64,000 nucleotides of DNA from Candidatus Undinarchaeota archaeon. Its GTDB lineage: Archaea > Undinarchaeota > Undinarchaeia > Undinarchaeales > UBA543. The notes below the pieces were generated by a model. That model was not told where the DNA came from. It saw only the letters and a program-made list of their open reading frames with translations, and made no database searches. The translations under genes and the position numbers were made by a program. This document shows positions 44,939 through 53,510 of this stretch, in pieces. The stretch covers positions 26,004 through 90,003 of the forward strand of contig CAZMMZ010000002.1 of NCBI GenBank assembly GCA_964567575.1. Reading direction: 5' to 3'. Position 1 is the stretch's first letter. Each line of letters begins with the position of its first letter.

Positions 44939-46027
44939 CTACATATGATTGACAATTTGTTCTATTTGTTCTTTTGTCAATTCTGGATACATCGGAAGGC
45001 TTATTATTTCTTTCGATACCCGCTCAGTGATCGGAAAATTCCCTTCTTTGTAACCTAGGTCGCTATATGCCGGTTGCAGGTGTAATGGAATAGGGTAGTG
45101 AATCCCTGCTCCAATCCCCTTTTCATTTAATTTTGCTAAAATTTCATTTCTATTTTTTGTTCTAATAACATACAAATGATAAACGTGTTTTGAAATCGGT
45201 TCGCCATTGTATGGGATAATAACATCTTTTCCTGCTAAAAGTTCGTCATAAATTTTTGCATTCTCTCTTCGCTTTTCTGTCCAATATTCAATATGTTTCA
45301 TTTTCACATTTAATATTGCACATTGAAGAGCATCGATTCGTTCATTGGTTCCAAAGTGACTGTGTTCGTATTTGCTCTTTCTGCCATGGTTTCGCATAAG
45401 CATAACTTTTTCAGCAATTTTATCATTATTAGTAACAACTGCTCCGGCATCTCCATAAGCTCCAAGATTCTTTCCTGGGTAGAAACTAAATGCTGCTGCA
45501 TCGCCATAAGATCCAGCGCGTTTTCCATTCCATTCTGCGCCATGTGCCTGCGCACAATCTTCAATAACTTTTAAATTATGTTTCTTTGCGATTTCCATAA
45601 TATGTTCCATATCGCACATTTTTCCATACAAATGAACTGGTAATATTGCTTTCGTTTTTTCAGTAATTAATGGTTCAATATTTTCATAAGCTAAATTGTA
45701 AGTCTTTTCAAAAATTTCTCCAAAAACTGGTTTTGCTCCGCAAGTAATAATTGCTTCAATTGTTGCAGCAAAAGTGTGTGGAGTTGTAATAACTTCATCA
45801 CCTGCTCCAATACCGCAAGCAGCTAAAGCAAGTTTTAATGCTGTGGTTCCATTTGAAACTCCAATTGCATGTTTTGTTTGGCAAAATTCTGCAAAGTTTT
45901 TCTCAAAATCTTTAACATGTTTTCCCAGTATGAAAGCAGTATTATCAAGAACATCATGAATCGCTGTATCAATTTCTGTTTTAATTGTTTGATACTGCGC
46001 TTTCAAATCAACCAGTGGGATATCCAT
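44939..46027 (-). CDS. DegT/DnrJ/EryC1/StrS aminotransferase (WbpE-like)
   Basis: VSNGTTAL, PVHLYG, EDCAQAHG, FSFYPGKNLGAYGDAG, HVYHLY. Confidence 0.93.
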   Translation of the reverse strand: MDIPLVDLKAQYQTIKTEIDTAIHDVLDNTAFILGKHVKDFEKNFAEFCQTKHAIGVSNGTTALKLALAACGIGAGDEVITTPHTFAATIEAIITCGAKPVFGEIFEKTYNLAYENIEPLITEKTKAILPVHLYGKMCDMEHIMEIAKKHNLKVIEDCAQAHGAEWNGKRAGSYGDAAAFSFYPGKNLGAYGDAGAVVTNNDKIAEKVMLMRNHGRKSKYEHSHFGTNERIDALQCAILNVKMKHIEYWTEKRRENAKIYDELLAGKDVIIPYNGEPISKHVYHLYVIRTKNRNEILAKLNEKGIGAGIHYPIPLHLQPAYSDLGYKEGNFPITERVSKEIISLPMYPELTKEQIEQIVNHM

Positions 46028-46644
46028 TAGTATGGTTTCACTCCATCAGAATAAGAAAGTTCATTAATTTTTTTAATGACTTTTGCCGGGCTTCCAACAA
46101 CAACACTATTGTCTGGCACATCTTCTGTAACAACACTTCCTGCACCGACCATTGCATTTTCTCCAATTGTTACTCCTGGTAAAATTGTTGCATTAGCTCC
46201 AATTTTTGCGTTCTTTTTTATTGTAACTCCTTCAAGGCGTTTTTTGATTTCTTTGCCTTTTGGGAATCGTGCATTTGTGATTGTAACTTTTGGACCAAGC
46301 CATACTCCATCTTCAATAACTGTAAACTCTGGAACAAAAACTCCAGTGTGCATTCGTACTCCGTTTCCGATTTTCACATGATGTTCAACAACTGAATTTG
46401 TTCCAATACTTACATCATCTCCAATTTCATTTTCTTCGCGAACCATAACATGATGTCCTGTTTGAAAATTATTTCCAATAATATTTCCCGCGTAAATTAC
46501 AGTTCCAGATCGGATAGTAGCGCCAGTTCCAATTGTTGTTTTCAGTTCACCATCTTCTTTTCCGCGAGGCGGAACACCAATATCATTGCTACCACCAAGT
46601 TCACAATTTTCTGGTATTGTTACATTATTGAAAATTTTATTCAT
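46027..46644 (-). CDS. Hexapeptide-repeat N-acetyltransferase (WbpD-like)
   Basis: Left-handed beta-helix repeats, IGANATILPGVTIG, GAGSVVT, VVGSPAK. Confidence 0.9.
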   Translation of the reverse strand: MNKIFNNVTIPENCELGGSNDIGVPPRGKEDGELKTTIGTGATIRSGTVIYAGNIIGNNFQTGHHVMVREENEIGDDVSIGTNSVVEHHVKIGNGVRMHTGVFVPEFTVIEDGVWLGPKVTITNARFPKGKEIKKRLEGVTIKKNAKIGANATILPGVTIGENAMVGAGSVVTEDVPDNSVVVGSPAKVIKKINELSYSDGVKPY

Positions 46645-47578
46645 TTTTTATTTCACATCCTTCTTCTGCAGATTTCAAACAGAGTTCACAAAGTTTTGTA
46701 GTATTATAAGAATCACTTGAAGCAAAATCTTTGCTTTCAACTTTTTCAACAAATGCAATTAGCTCATCCTTTAGTGGTTCGTTTTTGTGGATTTCTAATT
46801 CCTGTGCGGATTCAATTTTATTTCCATCATAACTAACTTCAATTGGATAAATTGTAATTATTTGCTCAAGCAAATCAACATATGCTTTTTTCTTTGAACC
46901 AATTATCCACATGTCTCGTTTCTTTAATGGATGTAACCAGCTCATTTCAAGTTCTGCCATGAAGTTTCCATAATCGAACACAGCAATAGCAGCGTCGTCG
47001 CGCTCATCTGAAAGAAACTTTTTAGTTTTGCAGAAAATCTTTTCTGGTTGTTTTTCAAAAACAAAACTTAGAATATCAATCAAATGAACTCCGAAATTGA
47101 AAACAACTCCCATATCTTTGCGTGGAGGTTTGTTTGAGTGCATGTATCGAGCTGTAACATATTGAATATCTCCAAGTTCTGGCAAGCGTTTTTTCAATTC
47201 TTGAACAGCAGCATTGAATCTGAATAAATAACCAACTGTTAGGTAAACTCCTTTTTCTTGTGCAAGTGCCCGAAGTTCTGCAGATCTTTCAGATTTTTGT
47301 GTAAGTGGCTTTTCAACAAGAACGTGTTTTCCTGCATTCAAACATTCTTTAACAATATCATAATGAAGTGTTGTTGGAACTACAACAGAAACAGCATCGC
47401 ATTTCTCAAGCATCTGTTTATAGTCTGTAAAAAATCCTGTTTTGAATTCATCAGCAAGTGCTTTAGTATCTGGATTAATATCTGCAATTCCAACTAGTTC
47501 GCAGCTTTCCAGTTCTGAATAAACGCGGACATGGTTCTTTCCCCATTTGCCAGCACCTATCACACCTACTCTAATCAT
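46637..47578 (-). CDS. Gfo/Idh/MocA oxidoreductase (WbpB-like)
   Basis: GVIGAGKWGKNH, VVVPT, HVLVEKP, VGYLFRFN. Confidence 0.88.
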   Translation of the reverse strand: MIRVGVIGAGKWGKNHVRVYSELESCELVGIADINPDTKALADEFKTGFFTDYKQMLEKCDAVSVVVPTTLHYDIVKECLNAGKHVLVEKPLTQKSERSAELRALAQEKGVYLTVGYLFRFNAAVQELKKRLPELGDIQYVTARYMHSNKPPRKDMGVVFNFGVHLIDILSFVFEKQPEKIFCKTKKFLSDERDDAAIAVFDYGNFMAELEMSWLHPLKKRDMWIIGSKKKAYVDLLEQIITIYPIEVSYDGNKIESAQELEIHKNEPLKDELIAFVEKVESKDFASSDSYNTTKLCELCLKSAEEGCEIKNE

Positions 47579-47675
47579 AGTTTTTGAAATCAAAATTGAG
47601 TATTTAATAGTTTATGTATTAAAAATCGGAGTGAGAATCACAGATTTTTTATAGTCTCGGTGCTTCAATATTTTA

Positions 47676-48749
47676 ATGAAAATTCTTTCAATCGTTGGAG
47701 CACGTCCAAATTTCATGAAAATCGCTCCAATTGCAGATGCGCTCAAAAAGCACGAGAATATTGAGCACTTTATTGTACATACTGGACAGCATTACGATGA
47801 GAACATGTCCAAACTTTTTTTTGATGAACTTGGTATTCCAGAACCAAATATGAATTTAGGGGTAGGTACTGGTTCACAAGCTCAGCAAACAGCTGAAATG
47901 ATGGTGAAGCTTGAGAAAGTTATGATTGACCAGAAACCAGATTTAGTTTTAGTTGTTGGTGATTGTAATTCTGCACTTGCTGGTGCAATTGTTGCAGCAA
48001 AATTAAAAATTAAAATTGCACATATTGAAGCTGGACTTCGTAGTTTCAATTGGGAAATGCCTGAAGAAATAAATCGAATTGTTGTTGACAAAGTATCTTC
48101 TTATCTTTTCACAACTGAACAAAGTGCAAATGAAAATTTAAAAAAAGAAGGAATTGAGAATAATGTTTTCTTTGTTGGAAATGTAATGATTGACACTCTT
48201 TTGAAATCTCTTGAAAAATCAAAGACATCAAAAGTTTTAGATGTTTTGAATTTGCAATCAAAAGAATATGCTGTTTTAACAATGCACCGACCTGGTAATG
48301 TTGATAAGAAAGAAGTGCTTGAAAGTTTATTGAATACTCTATCAGAAATTTCTGAAAAAATTAAAATTGTTTTCCCAATTCATCCGCGCACAAAAAAAAT
48401 GATTGAGGAATTTGGATTGCAAGATAAATTAAATTCTTTCCAAATTATTGAACCTCTTGGTTATCTTGATTTCTTGAATTTGAATTCAAATGCAAAAATA
48501 ATACTCACTGATTCTGGTGGAATTCAAGAGGAAGCGACCATATTGAAAGTTCCTTGTGTAACACTACGCGGAGAAACAGAACGTCCTGTGACTGTTGAAG
48601 TTGGTGGAAGTGTAGTTGTTGGTCAAGATCATGATAAAATTCTCTCTGCAGTTAATAATATATTAGGAGAAATTATAACTGAACCTAGAGTTCCTGAACT
48701 CTGGGATGGTAAAGCTGCTGAAAGAATTGTTGAGAAACTTCTGCTTTAA
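47676..48749 (+). CDS. wecB: Non-hydrolysing UDP-GlcNAc-type 2-epimerase (WecB/WbpI-like)
   Basis: VGARPNFMK, HTGQHYD, VGDCNS, HIEAGLRS, PEEINR, TDSGGIQEE, TERP. Confidence 0.92.
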   Translation: MKILSIVGARPNFMKIAPIADALKKHENIEHFIVHTGQHYDENMSKLFFDELGIPEPNMNLGVGTGSQAQQTAEMMVKLEKVMIDQKPDLVLVVGDCNSALAGAIVAAKLKIKIAHIEAGLRSFNWEMPEEINRIVVDKVSSYLFTTEQSANENLKKEGIENNVFFVGNVMIDTLLKSLEKSKTSKVLDVLNLQSKEYAVLTMHRPGNVDKKEVLESLLNTLSEISEKIKIVFPIHPRTKKMIEEFGLQDKLNSFQIIEPLGYLDFLNLNSNAKIILTDSGGIQEEATILKVPCVTLRGETERPVTVEVGGSVVVGQDHDKILSAVNNILGEIITEPRVPELWDGKAAERIVEKLLL

Positions 48750-49495
48750 TCATTATTACTCATCAATTGAGCCCAAGTGTTATTTCCCCCCAATCCGCCA
48801 AGATTCATATAATAAAATTTAATCCATTTATATTTTTTAAACAGTTTTTCTTCTTCTTTTGTATATGTGTGTTTTAATAATTGCTTTAATAAATTTTGGA
48901 GGTATGCGTATTAATGGTTGTAATATTTTTTTATGAACAAAATATGCTCTAACACCAAAAACTGGGTGAACTCCAATAAGATTCTCAAGAACTGCTAAAG
49001 TGTAAAGATATTCGCCAAGATAGTGTATTTCACTCTTTGTAATGTCATCTCTTACTAATTTCACTTTTTCTATTCCATACTCTTTAAATTTTTCAATAAT
49101 ACTATCCCAAGAACCAAGTTTCCATTCAAACATAGATTCAAAAATCTTATGTTCTGGCTCGTGTGTTGTATCAACAAGTTCTTCTATCTCTTTTTTTTTA
49201 AGAGATCCTCTAATTAGTTTTGTAAATTTTTCATTCAAGATTATTCCCCAGTTTTTGTGTGTTGCTGACCAATTGAGTGCCCATGGTATCCCTGGTTTGA
49301 ATAAAGCAGACCCCCTCTACGTTCTGCCAAGTGAAATGAAAGAGCTGCTTCATCATCTTCTGGACTGTGTTTTAATAAAATTCCTTCTTTTAAAAAATCT
49401 TCGAGCTTTTTATCATACAAATCTACTATTTTTGAAAAAGTTCCTGGTTTATTTGCTAATTCCGTTATTTCATCAATTTCTTCTTTGACATCCAT
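48746..49495 (-). pseudogene. One ~250-codon gene broken by two compensating frameshifts (track ORFs 49241-49495 and 48837-49238)
   Basis: The second ORF's frame is open upstream to just past the G5 run (plus C5 49311-49315; RGSALFKPGIPWALNWSATH). The original frame resumes near 48911 (YAYLQNLLKQ...MNLGGLGGNNTWAQLMSNND) and stops at 48746-48748, overlapping the wecB stop. Total span 750 nt. Confidence 0.55.
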
Positions 49496-49567
49496 ATCCT
49501 CCTCTTGTTTCTTTGATTATTTTAATCTACCGCACACTTTTTATACAAACTTTTCATATCCAATTTT

Positions 49568-50590
49568 ATGCAAAAAGGTTTTGACACAAAAAAGTATGTA
49601 GAACTCCAGTCAAAGGAAATTCTCAAAAGATTAACAGGTTCCATTTCTAGATCTTATTTCGAAATTGGAGGAAAGCTTGGTGCAGATATGCATGCGTCGC
49701 GAGTTCTTCCAGGATACGAACCAGATGCAAAGCTTCAAGTTCTTGCAAAAATTTCCAAGAAAATGGAATTGGTTTATTGTATAAGTGCTATTGATCTTGA
49801 ACGCCAGAAACATTATCCAGATACGGGCCTTACGTATAATAAACAACTTTTCAAGGATTTGGAACTGTTAGAAAAACGAGGTCTTGACATTCGGTGTGTT
49901 GCAATTACAATTTACAATAAGGAGAAAAAAGCAGATGAATTAATGATAGAGTTGAAAAAAAGAGGTATTGATTATTATGTTTTTAATCGCATTGAAAATT
50001 ATCCAAATGATTTGAAATTAATTCTCAGTGACAAAGGTTTTGGAAAAGAACCTGAAATTGAATTTGACGAACATCTTATTGGAATAACTGGTCCTGGGGG
50101 AGGTTCTGGAAAATTTGGTATTTGCATGACTCAACTTTATCATGATTACAAAAAAGGAAACTATACTCGTTATGCAAAAAATGAAACTTTCCCTGTTTGG
50201 GATTTACCAATTGACCATGCTGTGAATTTGTCTTATGAGGCAGCAACTGCAGATTTGGGAGATGAGAATATGATTGATCTTTATTACAAGAAAAAATATG
50301 GGAAAGATTCTGTAAATTATAATCGTGATATTGAAAACTTTGCAATAATGAAAGAACTCCTTTCAAAACTTGCCCCAAAAGCTGTGAAGTGGTGCAGTTC
50401 TCCAACTGAAATGGGGATAAATATGGTTGCAAAAGCAATAACAAGCGATGCACTTGTTTCAAGTGCTGCAGAACAAGAAATTATTCGTCGCTACAAAGAA
50501 TATCAAAAAGAGCACAAAGAAGGAATGGCTTCTCCAGAAACTGTGGCGCGAGCAAAACAAATTATGGAAAAAGCAGGATTGTCTTCCTAA
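49568..50590 (+). CDS. DUF1846 family protein, short form
   Basis: GFDTKKY, EIGGKL, HASRVLPGY, TGPGGGSGK, ETFPVW, YEAATADL, NYNRD, SPTEMGIN, EIIRRY. Confidence 0.85.
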   Translation: MQKGFDTKKYVELQSKEILKRLTGSISRSYFEIGGKLGADMHASRVLPGYEPDAKLQVLAKISKKMELVYCISAIDLERQKHYPDTGLTYNKQLFKDLELLEKRGLDIRCVAITIYNKEKKADELMIELKKRGIDYYVFNRIENYPNDLKLILSDKGFGKEPEIEFDEHLIGITGPGGGSGKFGICMTQLYHDYKKGNYTRYAKNETFPVWDLPIDHAVNLSYEAATADLGDENMIDLYYKKKYGKDSVNYNRDIENFAIMKELLSKLAPKAVKWCSSPTEMGINMVAKAITSDALVSSAAEQEIIRRYKEYQKEHKEGMASPETVARAKQIMEKAGLSS

Positions 50591-50628
50591 TCCATTACGT
50601 TTAAATAAGAAGTTTCTAATTTAATTTT

Positions 50629-51120
50629 ATGGAAAATCGTCAAACAGGGTTTATTGTAATTGGATTGTCTGCAGGTATGGGTATAATTATTTTTCTTTTT
50701 AATCGAGCTCTTACAAGTATTGTAAACACTTCATGTTCACATGGTCCTTCTTGTCCAATGTGGCAGTCAATAAAATATCAAACCAATATTAGTATTGGTC
50801 TTATGGTTTTTGTAATCCTAATTGGATTATATCTTGTTTTTTCTGAACAATTAGATCGCGTATTATTCAAACCAAAAAAAGAGAAAAAGAAAATAACAAA
50901 AAAAAGTTTCAAGACAGACATGTCTAAACTTTCTGCTAATGAAAAAACAGTTTTTGAAAAAATCATAGAATCGCAAGGTGCATTGTTTCAATCAGAGCTT
51001 GTTGAAAAATCTGGATTCAATAAAGTTAAAGTAACACGCATTTTAGATAAGCTTGAAGGAAAAGATTTAATAGATCGAAAGCGCCGAGGCATGTCAAATA
51101 TTGTTATTCTAAAACACTAA
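50629..51120 (+). CDS. Two-TM protein with C-terminal winged HTH and CxHxxxCxM loop (putative metal-sensing regulator)
   Basis: TM-SCSHGPSCPM-TM, then FQSELVEKSGFNKVKVTRILDKLEGKDLIDRKRRGMSN. Confidence 0.8.
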   Translation: MENRQTGFIVIGLSAGMGIIIFLFNRALTSIVNTSCSHGPSCPMWQSIKYQTNISIGLMVFVILIGLYLVFSEQLDRVLFKPKKEKKKITKKSFKTDMSKLSANEKTVFEKIIESQGALFQSELVEKSGFNKVKVTRILDKLEGKDLIDRKRRGMSNIVILKH

Positions 51121-51121
51121 A

Positions 51122-51970
51122 ATGGATTTTATGAAAGATATTGAAAACAAAGTGAGAAGCACGATTAAAGATTATAAATTAGCTACTAAAAAAGATAAAA
51201 TTATTGTTGCTTGCTCTGGTGGAAAAGATTCTACTGTAATACTTTATCTTCTCAAAAAACTTGGTTATAATGTTGAAGGTTTAATGATTGATCTTGTAAT
51301 TGGCAAATGGTCTGATGATAATTTAGCGAACACAATTAAATTTTGCAAGGAACAAAATATCAAACTTAATGTTGTGGATATTCGTAAAGAATTTGGTTGT
51401 TCAATTTGTCACATTCGAATGGGAATACAATCAAGAAAAAAATTAAACAATTGTATGATTTGTGGTGTAATAAAACGGTGGTTAATTAACAAGCATGCCA
51501 GAGAGCTTGGTGGAACAAAACTTGTAACTGGTCACAATCTTGATGATGAAGCAGAAACATTGATGATGAATTTGTTTACTGGAAATCAAGAGCTTCTGCT
51601 TGGTTTTGGTCCTAAACGAAATTGTCCTGATAAGAAATTTGTCAATAGAGTTAAACCACTTTTCTTCTGCACTAATGACGAAATTCGAAAATATTCTAAA
51701 GCAAAAAAATTCCAAGTTCTTTATGAGCCATGTCCGTGTTCTCATGGGGCGTTCAGAAGCGATGTTCGCGAGTTCATTGCAGAAATAGAAAACAAAGAAT
51801 CAGGAACTAAAGAAAAAATGGTTAGGAACTTTTTGAAAATTTTCCCAGTTCTTAACCAAAAAATAATTCCTAGTAAAAAGCTAACTTATTGTGCAGTTTG
51901 CAAAGAACCAAGCAGAAACGAACTATGCAAACGGTGTGAACTTGTTAAAATTCTTGGAATAAAGAAGTGA
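51122..51970 (+). CDS. ttuA: TtuA/Ncs6-family tRNA 2-thiolation protein
   Basis: ACSGGKDS, CMICGVIKR, TGHNLDDEAE, RVKPL, CPCS, C-terminal CxxC...CxxC. Confidence 0.85.
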   Translation: MDFMKDIENKVRSTIKDYKLATKKDKIIVACSGGKDSTVILYLLKKLGYNVEGLMIDLVIGKWSDDNLANTIKFCKEQNIKLNVVDIRKEFGCSICHIRMGIQSRKKLNNCMICGVIKRWLINKHARELGGTKLVTGHNLDDEAETLMMNLFTGNQELLLGFGPKRNCPDKKFVNRVKPLFFCTNDEIRKYSKAKKFQVLYEPCPCSHGAFRSDVREFIAEIENKESGTKEKMVRNFLKIFPVLNQKIIPSKKLTYCAVCKEPSRNELCKRCELVKILGIKK

Positions 51971-51982
51971 AACTAGTTTCAC
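51967..51982. promoter_or_regulatory. Perfect 16-bp palindrome before the copper operon
   Basis: GTGAAACTAGTTTCAC just upstream of TATA-like CTTATAT and the ATG at 52020. Confidence 0.55.
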
Positions 51983-52019
51983 ATCTTAACTTATATGCTG
52001 TTTCATCTAGTAGTATTCT

Positions 52020-53510
52020 ATGAAAACAAAAAAAGATTTTAAAATAAGTGGAATGCACTGTGGGAGTTGTGAAACTTTAATAACAAATCTTGTTAAAGAT
52101 ATTGATGGTGTAATCAGTACTAAAATCGATTATGAAATAGAAGAAGGAAAAGTAACCTTTAATTCTCGAAAAACATCAATTAAGAAAATTTTCAATGCAA
52201 TTGAAAAACATGGTTATGAATGTTCTTTGAAAGATTATGAAAAAGAAGAAGATGAATCTAAATCTTCTTCTAAAATTAACACAAAGACAATTGGAATCGC
52301 GTTTGGGATAATTGGAATTTTAATTATTGGGTATTTTATTTTCTCTTTTGCAGATAGCATAGCAATTCCTGAAATCAGCCAAAATATGGGGTATGGTCTT
52401 TTGTTCTTAGTTGGTCTTCTTACTGGTTTTCATTGCGTGAGTATGTGTGGTGGATTTGTTGTTAGCTACACTGCAAAACATGCGCAGGAAGGTACAAAAT
52501 CTTACAAATCTCATATGATGTATGGCGCTGGTAAAACTTTATCTTACACTATAATGGGTGCTGCTTTTGGTTTACTTGGTTCAATAATAATATTCACGCC
52601 ATTAATGCGCGGGACTGTAGGAATAATTGCTGGACTTTTCTTAGTTGTATTTGGTCTTAACATGTTACACATTTTCCCCTGGTTGAGAAAAATACGAATA
52701 AAGACTCCAAAATTCTTGAGTAAGTTTGTTAAAACTGAAGAAAAGAAACACAAAAGTCCTCTTATTATTGGGTTGCTAAGTGGATTGATGCTTGCATGCG
52801 GTCCATTACAAGCAATTTATATTATGGCTGCAAGCACAGGAAGCATGATTGAAGGTGCAAAGCTTTTGTTTGTTTTTGGATTAGGTACTTTGCCAGTGAT
52901 GCTTAGTTTTGGATTTTTTACAACTTTCATTTCAAAAAAAGCAACTCATAAAATTTTGAAAGTGTCAGGAATAATTGTTATTGTTCTTGGTTTGATAATG
53001 GTTAATCGTGGTCTAGCATTAACTGGCTCTGGGTTTGATGTGAATTCTTTATTTACTTCTAGAAGCGGAGCTGATGTGTCAGAAAGTTTAATAACTGTAG
53101 AGGATGGATATCAAATTATTAACATGGATGTAACACGTTACGGATGGGAACCTGATAAATTTGTTTTGAAAAAAGGTGTTCCTGTAAAATGGATAATTAA
53201 TGGGAAAGAAATTAATGGCTGTAATAATGCAATACAAGTGCCGAAACTCGGTTTAAATTTTGATATAGAATATGGTGAACAGATTATTGAATTCACTCCA
53301 GAAAAAGAAGGTATACTATCTTGGAGCTGTTGGATGGGTATGATTCCTGGTGTTTTTGTTGTAACTGATGATGTTGATTTGAATAATGCAGAAGCTGTTC
53401 AGAAAGAACTAGCTAATGTTCCAGAACAAGTTGCAGGATCTTGCGGCGGAAGCTGTGGTAGTTCAACCTGTGGTGGTGGTACTAGTAGTGGGTGTGGGTG
53501 CGGAGGATAA
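52020..53510 (+). CDS. HMA + DsbD_2/TauE-like membrane + cupredoxin fusion with Gly/Cys tail
   Basis: GMHCGSC, HCVSMCGG, ACGPLQ, CNN...SCWMGM, tail GSCGGSCGSSTCGGGTSSGCGCGG. Confidence 0.85.
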   Translation: MKTKKDFKISGMHCGSCETLITNLVKDIDGVISTKIDYEIEEGKVTFNSRKTSIKKIFNAIEKHGYECSLKDYEKEEDESKSSSKINTKTIGIAFGIIGILIIGYFIFSFADSIAIPEISQNMGYGLLFLVGLLTGFHCVSMCGGFVVSYTAKHAQEGTKSYKSHMMYGAGKTLSYTIMGAAFGLLGSIIIFTPLMRGTVGIIAGLFLVVFGLNMLHIFPWLRKIRIKTPKFLSKFVKTEEKKHKSPLIIGLLSGLMLACGPLQAIYIMAASTGSMIEGAKLLFVFGLGTLPVMLSFGFFTTFISKKATHKILKVSGIIVIVLGLIMVNRGLALTGSGFDVNSLFTSRSGADVSESLITVEDGYQIINMDVTRYGWEPDKFVLKKGVPVKWIINGKEINGCNNAIQVPKLGLNFDIEYGEQIIEFTPEKEGILSWSCWMGMIPGVFVVTDDVDLNNAEAVQKELANVPEQVAGSCGGSCGSSTCGGGTSSGCGCGG

